A stretch of DNA of 64,000 nt. Source: Eledone cirrhosa (taxonomy: Eukaryota). The notes under the pieces were generated by a model that was not told the origin of the DNA, did not search any database, and saw only the letters and a list, made by a program, of their open reading frames with translations. The translations under genes were made by a program, and so were the position numbers. Positions 12,922 to 27,327 of this stretch are shown here, one piece after another. The DNA is taken from NCBI GenBank assembly GCA_964016885.1, contig OZ024761.1, positions 4,836,001-4,900,000 on the forward strand, written 5' to 3'. Position 1 is the first letter of the stretch, and each line of letters starts with the position of its first letter.

Positions 12922-13650
12922 GTGCCAATTAACCATAACTATAAATATAATTATAATAGAAAACCTTACACTAACTCGAAAACCAAAAGAAAAAATAGAA
13001 CTAGAAATATATTATGGGTCGCTCCCCCTTTCTCATTAAGTATTAAAACTCCTATTGCTAAATTATTCTTTAAAACTCTAGATAGGTGCTTTCCTAGGAC
13101 ACACAGGTATTACTCAAACTTTAATACACATACTATTAAACTCTCATATTCCACCACTATGAATTTAGCACAGAATATTAATAGAATTAATAATAGAAAC
13201 TTAAAACCTACCCAGAATAGCATTAATACCCCTAGCAATATCCAATATAATGTTACGGCTGCCAATAATATAAATTTAGATAAATGTAATTGTAGAAATA
13301 AATTTAACTGTCCTCTAAATAATAATTGTTTAGTTAAAAATATAGTATACAATTGTAATGTAAAAACAAATGAAAACTCCTTTAACTATGTCGGCTCTAC
13401 TTCCACAGACTTCAAATCTCGTTTTAATAACCATAAATGTTCCTTTACGAATATTGGTAAAAAATCTTCAACTTCTCTATCTAACTTATTATGGGACTTG
13501 AAATCCAAGAATATTAACTATATTAGCTTTATCCCAAAATTGCTCTCTTTGTGCTGAAGAAATATTCTTTATACTAAAAAGTAAGAACTCTATTAATTTG
13601 CGAAATTTTTTATTCAGTTCCTGCAAACATCGTTTAAACTCAACTTTTAA
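12922..13650 (+). pseudogene. PLE RT thumb + GIY-YIG endonuclease remnant
   Basis: RNILWVAPPF..KLSYSTTMN, CNCRNKFNCPLNNNC, IVY..YVGST..FKSRFNNH; frameshifted continuation CSLCAEE..SCKH. Confidence 0.88.
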
Positions 13651-14869
13651 ATATATATATAAAATGTAATATATGATTTATCTCTTTTACATAATGTCTT
13701 CTATATCTATATATGATTCATATATTTAATTTACTTTCTATTATCTCTACTTCACATATATATACTATATACTTTATATTATTACACCTATCGATAGATT
13801 ATAAAATTTCCTTATATGACTGCTTGAAACTCCTTCAAGGAAAATTTTTTCTTGAAAAACTTACGGAAGGTTTTAAGAAAATCTTTTGAAAATTCCTTTG
13901 AAAGATATAGAAAAACCATTATTTTTATACCTTCCAATACTTTTATATTGTTATATTTTTATATTTTTATATCTTCAAACGTTTTTAATATATATATCCA
14001 AATGTTTATATATATGTGGAAAAACATATCATTTCTATATATAGGTTTTTTATATATATGTGGAATATAAACATTTAAAAACTTTTTAACTTTATAACAT
14101 TTAATCCTTAGAGTCATCTGAGTTCTTAAAAAATCACTTCTAACTTCCTTTACACTTCCTTTGTAAACTCTCGAAAATTTTTCATAAATTTAGAATTATT
14201 TGGATGTTTAAATTTTTGACTTACAACTTTTAATAAAATAAACTCTACTAGATTTGCTGTAATGTAAAATACTATATATTTATTTAAATGATTTATAATC
14301 CTTAACATACACATTTAAACTAATTATTAATATTAAATTATTAAATTAAATCTTTAATATTAAAGTAAATTTTAATCTTTAATTTTGATTTCTAATTTTT
14401 TAATTTTAATTTAATTTTAATCTAATTTTTCAACCTATCATTATAAATATTATAATCAAAACGTAATGAATCCTGCATTCTAAATATTATTCTTCCACGT
14501 TATTCTCATTTCTTCTCTCACTTAGATATACTTACGCTGTGTATATTTATCCTTTGAAACTCTTCTCTTCATGCACTCTATTTTCACTATCAATATATAT
14601 AATCGTTCTTTCTTTCCTCTTCTATCTTTCTCCTTTCTCTTTTATTTTTTTTTTTATTTATTTCTCTCTCCCTTACATATCACCTTCTTCCAACAGTTTA
14701 ATTTAAATAAACCGTTATCTTTTCAACCTTACGGGCACTCATTTGCATACTCACTCATAATGTTGTATCACCCTCAATAAATGTAATATCTCTACTATCC
14801 AGGAAGCTCCAATCGTTAAGGTTGTCATTTTTTCCGAATATGTCAATATTTATTTATAAAACAAATCTG

Positions 14870-14935
14870 TATTTTATCTGATGAAAGCGCACCATAATTT
14901 TCCTTGGTTGCCCTTGAAATATGTATAATAAAATA
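14870..14935 (+). ncRNA. Hammerhead ribozyme in the PLE 3' pLTR
   Basis: tattttat CTGATGA aag..ctt GAAA tatgta TA ataaaata. Confidence 0.82.
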
Positions 14936-15054
14936 AATATGGTTTTATAAATATAGTTTCCATTTATTAATATTGTATATATATATATATATATATATAC
15001 ATATTCATGCAATTGACTTATGCTTCGTCACTATATACATATTTATATATATAT

Positions 15055-16710
15055 ATAGTGCAAATTTATACGGGAACAAAACAGAGAGGCAGACAAATAA
15101 AGGTTTATTAGGTTCACGCTTTTGAGAGTGGGTGGGGGGAACGATGTTTCGGGCATAAGCCCTTCTTCGGGAGTAAATAGGTTAGGAAGAAAGTTCAGAG
15201 GGTGTGTGGAAATACATTTAGAAAAAAGGGGGAAGGAGAACAAATAAAAATAAAAAATAAAAATAAACGTAAAAATAAACATAAGAATAAACAATAAGAT
15301 GGACAAGTGGTGGAAGGGTGTGAGGCGTGTAAGGGTGGTGGCGGGTGGAGTTGGGAGAGGGGGCGGGGGGTCGAAGCGAGGAAGGCTGAAGGTGGTGTTT
15401 GTGTATGTGTGTAGGTGTACGTGAGTGTGTGTGCGTGTGTATGTGAGAGTTTGAGGAAGAACGAGGTTCCATGTTCAGGAAAATGTGTGTGTGGGGTGGG
15501 GTGTAAGTCGGTGTGTGCGTGCGTGTGGAAGGAGAGGGTCAGGGGGTGGGGGAGGTGGCGTGTGGATTCCGGAGGTTGTGTATATGTGGGGGTACGCACG
15601 CGTGTGTTTGTGATTATATGTGGTTTGGATGTAGGTGGCGTGGTGCGAAAAGAAATGTGTGAATGTATGTTCGTGGGTAAGGTCCTGAGGTAGTTCCGTC
15701 AGATGTGTGGAGAGCTGCTGGATATTTTTCAAGATATGGAGTGGATGGTTGGAGAGATGACCGAAGGTGTAGAATCCAATGTTGGTGGTGGTAGGAAGTG
15801 GAGGGAAGTGGGGTGCGCGCGCAACAGGAAGTGGTCAGAGGGTCAAGACAGGGTGTAGAGATAACAGTAGAGTGGGATGACAGGTGGAGTGAGGTGAGGA
15901 CTGTGTGTGTGTCTGTGTGTGCGAAGGTGCGGTGGACAGGGGAGACGATAGGTAGGTGTGAAGGGTGGATGGGGAAGGTGGTGAAGTGGGGCGATGGGGT
16001 GTATATTAGTAGAGGTGTTAGTGGGATGTGTATATGTGAAGGGGTGTGGGTGGAGCGGGGAGAGGGAGAGAGAGAGAGAGGGAGAGAGGGGGAGAGAAGA
16101 GGTGTTGGGGACGGAGGAGGGAGTGTAGTGTCCTGGTATTGTGTGCGTGTTTGGATGAGTGTGTGTGTGGTAAAGGGGTGTTAGTGGGTGTTAGTATTAC
16201 ATGTGATGGGGAAAGGGTGGAAAGCGGGTGTTTAAGTGGGGGTTAGTGGTGGTTGGGTGTGTGGAGTGGGTGGTGTACATAGGTGTGTGTGTGGGGGGGT
16301 TCGTGTGCGTTGGGTCGGGGGGAGGTTAGTGATGTTAGTTGTGGGGTGGTCGGAGTGGATGTGTGGGTGAGGGTTAGTGGTGGTAGTAGGGTGTGTGGAT
16401 AGTGTGAGTGCGTGTATATATGTTCAGGTGGGTGTGTGCATGTTAGAGGGAGGGGTGGGGATTGTTAGTATAGTTAGTTGGGGGAGGGTTGGGGCGAGGG
16501 GGGTGTTAGTATGTTAGTTGTGGGATGGGACAGGGGGAGGGGTGAAAGGGGAAGTGTGTTAGAGGTGTTAGTGGGGGAAGGGTGGAGGGATGGGTGGGAG
16601 GTCGGGGGGGGGGGCTAACCTCGCCGGATGAAATGGCTGACTAGGTAGAAGGGCTTGGGACTCAAAGTCAGCATCTCGGATGCAGAGGCGGCGGATACGG
16701 AGGAGTCATG
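15055..16710 (-). mobile_element. Probable degenerate or non-autonomous PLE with a C/A-rich body and hammerhead-like 3' end
   Basis: CCGAAGA a gggc ttat gccc GAAA catcg TT at 15139-15174 (-); (TA)n flanks; no recognisable ORF. Confidence 0.5.
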
Positions 16711-16899
<189 letters not shown>

Positions 16900-16939
16900 A
16901 TATATATATATTTATTTATTTATAAGACTGTTTATATTG

Positions 16940-17005
16940 TATTTTGTCTGAAGAAGGCATAACATATTGTTAATATGATATCCCTGAAATATATATAACG
17001 AAATA
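16940..17005 (+). ncRNA. Hammerhead ribozyme in a solo PLE terminus (same family as 14870 and 41523)
   Basis: tattttgt CTGAAGA agg..catatt gtt aatatg..cct GAAA tatata TA acgaaata. Confidence 0.8.
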
Positions 17006-17042
17006 AATATGGTTTTATAAATATAGTTTCCATTTATTTAAT

Positions 17043-17134
<92 letters not shown>

Positions 17135-17218
17135 CTATATTATATTTTGAGAATAAACTCTCAGTCGTTTACAATAATTAAGCTCCAGGAAAAGGGGCTC
17201 TTCCGAGCAGTTAAATAC

Positions 17219-17535
17219 ATTAAAATATATGATAAACACGAAATGTGTTTACATTGCAACAGACAAAGTTACCCATTAATGAAATAAACTAATTAAAGTG
17301 AATACAATTTGTCTGTCTCGATATAAGTCAATAAAGACAAGCTTATATTGGCAACGGTCATGATTCCTGGACAGATTTAAATTTCAATATAAGATTTAAA
17401 TTTCAATATAAGCTTGTCTTTATTGACTTATATAGAGACAGACAAATTGTATTCACTTTAATTAGTTTATTTCATTAATGGCTAACTTTGTCTGTTGCAA
17501 TGTAAACACATTTCGTGTTTATCATATATTTTAAT
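17219..17535. repeat. Inverted repeat with ~130-bp arms, no hammerhead recognised
   Basis: ~17219-17350 vs ~17404-17535. Confidence 0.75.
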
Positions 17536-18034
<499 letters not shown>

Positions 18035-18047
18035 GTATATATATATG

Positions 18048-18079
<32 letters not shown>

Positions 18080-18285
18080 TATGTATATATGTCTATATAT
18101 ATATATATATACGTATATTTATTCTTTATTTATCCTTTATTTTCTTTCTTCCTCTTCCTTACCTTTTCCTTCCTCCCTCCTTCTTTTTTTCCCAATCTCA
18201 TATATCCATCTTACTTTATTTTTCATATGTTGATTTAACACTTCACGGCACGCAAGTGTTTTTTAAGCTTCATATCATGTCTCCC

Positions 18286-18356
18286 TATTTTATCTGATGA
18301 GAACGCAAATATCATCCCATGATGATATTTGTTTTTGAAATGCGCATAATAAAATA
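18286..18356 (+). ncRNA. Hammerhead ribozyme
   Basis: tattttat CTGATGA gaac gcaaatatcatc ccat gatgatatttgt tttt GAAA tgcgca TA ataaaata. Confidence 0.85.
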
Positions 18357-18454
18357 CATGGAACTCTTTTAACCATGTTTTGATTTTATATTATACGTAT
18401 ATATATACATATATGTATATATATATATGTGTATATATATGTATATATATATAT

Positions 18455-19220
18455 GGTTTCTGAATTTGTTTAGCAAGATTCTTTATCTGAAAACGTGAGT
18501 TGAAACCGATATTGTTATGCTTTGGGGGGGGGGGGGTCATGTTGCCTATAAGAAACACACGCACCAGTTGCTTTCACTCCAATTTATTATAAATTAAATT
18601 TATAAATTTAAGAATTTATAAATTTCCGGTTCCATAACCGGACGGCTGTTCATATATTTTGTCAAAGTTCTTTCGTCACATATTCTGTGACCTCTTCAGT
18701 GACTGGGGATTATTTTCTTTGTTTTGTGCCTCTCCTTTGTTCTGTCCTACGCCATCTTGTTTTTGTGTGTGTTGAGTGCTTAGTTTGCGCATGTGTTACA
18801 TCCGGGTGTCTGTGTGTGTTTATATTTGTTTATTTATTTGTTTATTTACATGTTACTGGTTGGTTGTTTGTTCTATGTGTGCGTGTGTTTTCATTTTGTC
18901 CTTAATTGTAAGTTGTGATGTTGCTATTCCATTCATGTTTTCTATTTAATTTTGGTTGGAGTTCATTTATGTTTATTGCTTCTGTGATTTGTCTAAACAT
19001 TGCGTCTTTTCTGTGTGTAGATTCTATTTTTATTTCTATGTTCTCTAATTTGCCCTTATATTCTATTTTAGCATGTTGGTGGAGTACAGATGATTCTTTT
19101 TTATCTTGAAGTTCTCGCCAGTGTTCATTTAACCGTTCTCCTATACTACGAGCTGTCTCACCTATGTACACTATATTCTTATCTTTACATTGTGCTTCAG
19201 TATATCTTATGCTATATACT
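18455..19220 (-). mobile_element. 5'-truncated PLE: GIY-YIG C-terminus (18902-19171) + pLTR
   Basis: YIGETARSIGERLNEH..RQITEA..PKLNRKHEW; terminus gacccccc..aaagcataacaat. Confidence 0.88.
18661..18703 (-). ncRNA. Hammerhead ribozyme
   Basis: gtca CTGAAGA g gtcaca gaata tgtgac GAAA gaac TT tgac. Confidence 0.85.
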
Positions 19221-19239
19221 ACATTTCTAGTTTTACAGT

Positions 19240-19314
<75 letters not shown>

Positions 19315-19346
19315 CGGCGATGAATTAGTTTTACGAGGTTTTTTAT

Positions 19347-22117
19347 ATGAAATCGTGTGTCGAAACAGATATTATTATATTTGGGGAGGGTCATATTTGC
19401 GTTAACCACAGACACAGCAACAGTGACCACAGTAGTAATAACGGTAACAATACGAACAACAACAACAACAATAACCACAGTGGTAATAATGGAAATAGTA
19501 CATGTAGCAACATCAACATAAACAAGAAACATAATAATAGTAACAACCACAATGGTAGAAATAGCAGTAACAACAACAACAATAACGCTGAAGTAAACAA
19601 CAATACATCTAGCAATCATAACAATAATAATATTAATGCTAATGATAGAAACAACAACAACCACCATGATAACAATAATAGCAACACACACAACTATGAC
19701 GATAGAAATAACGACAACCCCTTAGAGAAACTATTTTTCAACCCAGCTGACAAAACATATAAGATGGGTAATATCTATCCTACGAGGTTACCCTTTAATA
19801 AAAGAGTTTGCATACCACAGCAAATAGATGACGAGACGGAGGCACAGTTCACCATAGCTAGAAATAAGATTAGACAAGTAGTAGACAGGTACACTATGAG
19901 ACAGAGCAGACCAGAGGCCCAACAACTTGGGATAAAACCTGTAGAAGGCTTGGTTAGCCTCAAGCAGCGCACAAGGGATGGTGAGGTAGTGTGTCTACCC
20001 ACAGATAAGTCTGGTAGGATGTCAATAGATAGCATGCCGAACTACATCGAGGCAATGCAACCCCACATCACCAACACGAGCGAAGTTGCACAACTAACAC
20101 ACGATGGGAGAGAAAAAATCCCCAACGCTCACATGATGATGTGGACTGACATCCTAAAGCCAAGCAGACGCACTGCCAACAACTTCCAGGCGTCTAACAA
20201 TGGCATACCACCCTTGTATGGGCTCCGCAAAGACCACAAGACAGTCGACGACCCGACAACAGGACCACCAACAAGACCCGTATGCGGAGCTAATATAGCT
20301 AGCAACTACAGGATCTCCTACTTCCTCTCAATGGTTATACGCCCCATAATCAAGATGTCCCCAGATGTATGTGAAAGTACAGAGGACCTCCTCAGCAGAA
20401 TCAGTGAGTGCAACAAAAACAGGAGCCTATCCAACTGCATAATAGGCAGCATGGATGTGGTGTCACTGTACCCATCCATTAACATTGATTTTGCTGTGAA
20501 AAGATGTGTGGAGATGATCATTGAGAGTAAGGTGGAGTTCTGCGACGTCGACACAGACGAACTGGGCCTCCTACTTAGACTTACCTACGACACTGACTAC
20601 CTAGACAGCCATGACCTTAGATGTTTCTGCCCTAGTAGACCTATAAGAGGTAGACCCCCCACCATAACCTCAATGGCTAAAAAGACTCCCATAGGAAGGT
20701 GGATTGGGTGGACCAAAGCTATACGGACCCCCCAAAACACTGATCAGGTAAGAAAAATGGTCGCACATGCAATAGGGGCTAGTATCAAAACTACCCTAAA
20801 GGGCCACATATTTAAGTTCAATGAGAAAATCTACACCCAAAATGAGGGAGCAGCCATCGGCGTCAGCATAGCTGGTGATGTTGCCAACCTTTTCATGGTA
20901 TGGTGGGAAAGGAGACTTAAAGATCTCCTTAATGAAAGCTCCATAGACCTCATCATGTACTCTCGTTATGTAGACGATATCAATATAGTTATAAGAACAC
21001 CCCCACTAGAGAGCACTAACAAGTTTGATTTAGAACGTAGCACGATGGAAAGCATCCGGCAGATAGCTAATTCCATACACCAGAGTATAACTGTAACTAT
21101 AGACTTCCCTTCCAAACACCCTAACAATAGACTACCTGTATTAGACACAGAACTCTGGATTAACACTATAGACGAGAGAGCCCAAATTCTCCACTCACAC
21201 TATGCTAAACCCATGGCCTCCAAATACCTGATACTCAAAAACTCAGCAATGTCCAGTAGTGCTAAGTTTAATATTCTGATCGCAGATTTGGTACGAGTGA
21301 TGAAGAATGTGTCCAGCATGTGCGACCCAACAGAAATGGAAGGACACATCCAACACTTCATCAACCGCATGCAGTTCTCTGGCTACAACCAAAGAGACAG
21401 AGTCAGAGTATACGAAGGAGCCATGGAAAAGTATAAGACCCTCATAGAACTGGACATGAAAGGAATTTGCCCACTATACAGGAGCAAATCATGGAATAGC
21501 TTAGATAGGGCTAGACATAAGATAGGGAAGGCCACATCATGGTACGACAACCAGAGATATCAGAGTGTCATGTTTGTGGACGTCACCCCTGGAGGGAAAT
21601 TAGCTAACCAGTGTAGAAAGGCCCTGAGAAAGACCCACTTAAAAATAAAGGTGGTAGAAAAGCCAGGAACCACCATAAAATCCCTGATCAGCAAAACCTA
21701 CCCTTTTAAGAAAACCCACTGTACCAATAGGAAATGTATCATATGTAAGGTGAACCCCCGGATAAACTGTAGAAACGTAGTCTATAGCATAAGATGTACA
21801 GAGGGTGCTTGCAGAAACATGACAACAACATACATAGGTGAGACAGCTCGTAGCATAGGTGAAAGGATAGACCAACACTGGGGGAACTAAAAGGACGAAA
21901 AAACGGGTCAGTACTATACGAACATGCTAGACAACAACATGACGGTAACATAGACAACATAGAAATTAGAATAATATCTAAACATAGGAATGACCCAGCA
22001 GATAGGCAAATCAGAGAGGCCAGTGAAATAGAAATTAGAAGACCAAAGCTAAACAGAAAGAATGAGTGGAACAACAACAACACCCAAACAAACAACACTG
22101 ACCTAAGAGAAGTATAA
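19347..22117 (+). CDS. PLE reverse transcriptase + GIY-YIG endonuclease (1-nt frameshift at ~21880; first ~19 codons derive from the inverted pLTR)
   Basis: TDKSG, PPLYGLRKDHK, TRPVC, GSMDVVSLYPSI, QNEGAAIG, YSRYVDD, LPVLD, VVY..YIGETARS; adding one G continues HWGELKGRKNGSVLYEH..RQIREA..PKLNRKNEW to TAA at 22115-22117. Confidence 0.9.
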
Positions 22118-22386
22118 ATAAGTAAATAAAATTAAATAAAATAAGATAAATAAATACATACACAAGCACATAAACACACACTAGTCACCCAGCAGACACA
22201 ACACTATACACACTAGTCACACATCACACATAACACTATACACACACGCAAACGCATGCGCAAAGAAGACAAAATAAAATAAGATAAACAAACAAGCAAA
22301 TAAATAAATAAATATATAGACAGACTGAACAAAAAAAAAAAAATGGCGTAGACATACAACACAACAGGAGGAACAATGAATATAAC

Positions 22387-22428
22387 ACCACTGACGATGT
22401 TGCAGATGTGCAACGAAAGATTTATGTA
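22387..22428 (+). ncRNA. Hammerhead ribozyme in the PLE 3' region
   Basis: CTGACGA t gttgca gatg tgcaac GAAA gatt TA; stem I weak. Confidence 0.68.
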
Positions 22429-22679
22429 AATTATGTAAACTATATATATGTGTTTGTGTCTATATTGTATCTGTATTATTTTTGACCGCCGGTCAGTCAA
22501 TGGCAACATTGAGGACCGAGTAAGTTAGATCGCAGATATATATATATAAAAGACAGCGAGAAGCGAAAACCAACCAAACAGTGAGTGTGTTCTGTTATTA
22601 ATTCTGGCAATATTACGCAAATATGACCCTCCCCAAATATAACAATATATATATATATATACATGAAACAATTATCTTA

Positions 22680-23035
22680 GGGTGGTAGATTGGCAGTATC
22701 GGTAGAACGCCAGACACCATGCTTTGCAACATAGAGTTACGTCCTTTTGCGTTCTGAGTTAAAATCCCATCGAGGTTAACTTTGCCTCTCATCCTTACGA
22801 GGTCGATAAAATAAAGTACCAGTAACTCACCGGGGTCGATTTAATTGACTTTTTCTTTCCCCAAAAATTGCTGCCCTTGAGCCTATACTAGAAACCATTA
22901 TAATGAAGTAGGGTTTCTGAGTTCAAATCCCGCCGAGGTTGACTTTGCCTTTCACCCTTACGGGGTCGATAAAATAAAGTACCAGTAATGCACAGGGTAA
23001 TTGCTGGCCTTGTGCCAAAAAAGTAGAAATAATTA
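22680..23035 (+). mobile_element. tRNA-derived SINE: one full copy plus one truncated copy in tandem
   Basis: ggtggattggcag..gagttcaaatcccgccgagg (B-box-like)..gtcgataaaataaagtaccag..aattgctggccttgtgcc. Confidence 0.85.
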
Positions 23036-23671
23036 TAATGAAGTAGAATTGTGTCCTCTCTTTTAGAGCGGAATTATATTTTCCTGTTGTAAGATGTGAG
23101 TCATTCGTTTGAAAAGGAATTATAAAACAATCATGGCTGTTTTTGTTTGTAAATACAACATCTCAGTTGTCAAACCTGTCACGAAGTGTTCCTGTGAGTA
23201 CAGAGACGTAGTTCAAAAGATATTCACTAAATATGTGTGAAGGATCACTAACAATCTGTTTTTGTATTTATTTTATTTTTTACTCAATTTCACATGTGAC
23301 TGCTATTTGTTACATACGGGCATATTGTTGTAAGTGTTTATAGCTTTATGTGAGCTCTCATGAAACAAACTTACTTCCATAACCAGATAGTGAAATCAAA
23401 CAACAAAGGTATCGGCCCACATATGTATTGTTTTCTGTTGGATGTAGAATTTCTTACCCAAGCGGACACAAACAATACTGGCCAGCACTGACATATACAG
23501 CAATGAATCATAGCTATGCAGAAAGAGTCTAGATTTATTGTACTTCCATTCATGTCACAGACACTCGACAGTCGAGGAGACAGTCTGGGGAAATTGTAAT
23601 GGAAATAGGAAATTCCCGGGAAACAGGCCACTGAAACAGGAAGGGCACTTATTATTATTAAAGAAACGATT

Positions 23672-23860
23672 GATGGATTTGGCAGTATCAGTAGAGAGTC
23701 GGACGCCATGCTTCGCAGCATAGATTTACGGCCCTTTACGGTCTGAGTTCAAATCCCGCCGAGGTTAACTTTGCCTTTCATCCTTACGGGGTCGATAAAA
23801 TAAAGTACCAGTAATACACTGGGATAATTGCTGGCCTTGTGCCAAAAGTAGAAACATTTA
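23672..23860 (+). mobile_element. tRNA-derived SINE
   Basis: Same consensus as 22680. Confidence 0.85.
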
Positions 23861-24023
23861 TTAGTAAAGAACTTATTATTATTTGCAGATTTTTATGAAG
23901 CTTAGCTTGAACAATCTTCTGAGTTGCTTGGATGTAAAGTTTCAGAGAGAACCAATATTTCTGGAGAAAATATATTAAAGATCGACGTGATATTTTTAGA
24001 GCAATTTATCCAAAATATAAGTA

Positions 24024-24150
24024 CCGTATTTCCCGGCGCTGAAGACGCTTCGTCCTCGAGGACGCACCCTAATTTTGACACCAAAAGTTTGAAAAAAATA
24101 ATAAACTTACGGCCTCCAGGACGCATGGTCTTCGACGCCGGGAAATACGG
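24024..24150. mobile_element. 127-bp MITE, Tc1/mariner-pogo type
   Basis: TIR CCGTATTTCCCGGCG / CGCCGGGAAATACGG flanked by a TA duplication. Confidence 0.85.
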
Positions 24151-24231
24151 TAATTCATGTGGGTATATATTTGTTTCACGTTTTAGTAACAACCATGGTA
24201 CGTCTGGGTATGCTTACTAGTATATTATAAT

Positions 24232-24420
24232 AATTGTTTCTTCTTTTGGCACAAGGCCAGCAATTACCCCAGTGCAATACAGGTACTTTATTTTATCGAC
24301 CCCGAAAGGATGAAAGGCAAAGTTAACCTCGGCGTAATTTGAACCCATACCGTAAAGGGCCGTAACTCTATGTTGCAAAGAATGGCGTCCGACCCTCTAC
24401 CGATACTGCCAATCCACCCC
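24232..24420 (-). mobile_element. tRNA-derived SINE
   Basis: Reverse complement of the SINE consensus. Confidence 0.85.
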
Positions 24421-24771
24421 CTTAGTATATTATAATAATGCTTTGTTTATTAATCACAAGGGTTGATTAGTATAGTATAATAATGTAACATGTTTGAAAT
24501 TTATTTAATTCTCTAACTGCCCTATTTAGGTGGAAAGGCTCAATACCACTGTTATGAGTAATGTGCTTTTATTCACTCTAGACCTATGACATTTGAGCTT
24601 CACATAGAAGGCGGTGGGTGCATTATGTCTAGGAAGTAGGACAATCACTTTCACACACATATGTAAAGTATTTCTTTTATCTAATGTTATGTGTGGGGAA
24701 AATACTTCGCTTCGCAACATTTTATCTCCGTCTGGGAACGGTTAATTGCAACAATTGAGAGATTACAAAAG

Positions 24772-24802
<31 letters not shown>

Positions 24803-24895
24803 TGTATGTATGTATGTATGTATGTATGTATGTATGTATGTATGTATGTATGTGTGTATGTGTGTATGTATGTATGTGTGTATGTATGTAAATAT

Positions 24896-25450
24896 GTCGG
24901 GTCGTTGGCGACTAAACTGGCAACCCCACCAAGGTTTCTTGGTGAGGAGGGTGACTTTGGACATCCTGCAGGACTAAAAACAAAACCTGTCAAAGGGCAA
25001 AGGAGCTCTTAAGAGTCAATGGCCATCCAAAATCACTGGGAGAGATGACCCCTTAGCCTTTGTCAAGGCAGAATTCTAGGAGAAGGAAAACTCTGATATA
25101 ACACCTGCAACCCTGATGGTATCCAATGATGTTGACTTGTTCTTCTTTTTGGTAAATATCATCTTGGTTAAGAGAGTGGGACTGGCTTTGTGCAGTGCCT
25201 TTGCTCACTATAAAAGCTTCACGGCACAGGCATTGCTTTATATCTGGAGATCTCTCTGCACTTGTCGTCACATGGTACCATGGGCCCAGCACTATGTGTC
25301 AATAATTGTCACAAGTGTAGTGTTTGTACCAGAGATTTCAAGTCACTGGCTGGACTAAAAAGTCACACTCGTTCAGCGCATCGGTAGGGGTTCTCCTACA
25401 TGGATATAAAGTAGTGGCCGTACTCGAAAACGAGTTGGCAGCCACCATGT
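24896..25450 (+). mobile_element. Non-autonomous RTE-derived element, copy 2
   Basis: RTE-like 5' motif ctaggagaaggaaaactctga; 3' C2H2 remnant HKCSVCTRDFKSLAGLKSHTRSAH; (ATGT)n tail. Confidence 0.85.
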
Positions 25451-25544
25451 AAATATGTATGTATGTAAATAGAAATAACAAAGCAAACTACACAGTACAA
25501 TAAAGAAATATATTAGTTTAACGCTTGAAATAGCAGGAAAAAAG

Positions 25545-25580
25545 TCTTAACGTTTCAGACACTAGTCCTTCATCAGAAGA
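25545..25580 (-). ncRNA. Minimal hammerhead ribozyme in a solo PLE terminus
   Basis: tctt CTGATGA a ggac tagt gtct GAAA cg TT aaga; related termini at 27525-27640, 29220-29312 and 36320-36382. Confidence 0.78.
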
Positions 25581-25673
25581 TAGAATGAGAAATAAAAGAT
25601 GAAATAGAAAGAAAAAGAGAAGAGGGAACGGGAAAAAAATTGAGAAAAAAAACACACGTACGTATTCAGTCAG

Positions 25674-26925
<1,252 letters not shown>

Positions 26926-27040
26926 ATACTTTGGGAGGGTCATGTTGCCAATAAAAACACACGCACCTGTTAGTTTTCACTTCAATTTATTACAAATTTC
27001 CAGTTGATTGGTTCAGTAACCGGATGGTTGTTTATTCATT

Positions 27041-27082
27041 GTCAAAGCTCTTTCGTCACACATTCTGTACCTCCTCAGTGAC
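27041..27082 (-). ncRNA. Hammerhead ribozyme (family of 18661; degenerate copy at ~39409-39452)
   Basis: gtca CTGAGGA g gtacag aat gtgtgac GAAA gagc TT tgac. Confidence 0.75.
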
Positions 27083-27272
27083 TAATTCTTTATTTTGTGC
27101 CTTTCCTTTGTTCTTTATTCATAAAAAAACAACAGAAGACCGGACTGGAAACTTTCTTTAAGATTTTGATTTTGCGAAAACATATTTCAATGGCCCAGTT
27201 TCACAATGTAGGTGTTATCGGGGCCACAGACCACATCTGAATTCCTTTATTGTGCAATTATTATACTATATG

Positions 27273-27327
27273 TACTTGATGATGTCGCCGGGGTTCAACG
27301 TAACCTGGCCATTGAAATATATATAGT
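27273..27327 (+). ncRNA. Degenerate hammerhead in a diverged fold-back element (~27130-27380)
   Basis: ac TTGATGA tgtc gccgggg..cctggc catt GAAA tatata TA gt. Confidence 0.55.

Larger units (their letters stand above)
12737..14976 (+). mobile_element. 5'-truncated Naiad-type PLE with inverted pseudo-LTR
   Basis: 12737-12880 is the reverse complement of ~14839-14976; coding remnant inside. Confidence 0.88.
19313..22648 (+). mobile_element. Near-complete Penelope-like element with an inverted 3'-end copy at its 5' side
   Basis: ~19371-19402 is the reverse complement of ~22615-22648; (TA)n on both flanks. Confidence 0.92.

Noticed and set aside
13555-13557. TGA as selenocysteine in the Naiad-type ORF
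   Set aside because: The conserved CxLCxxE continuation lies in another frame, so this is a frameshift stop.
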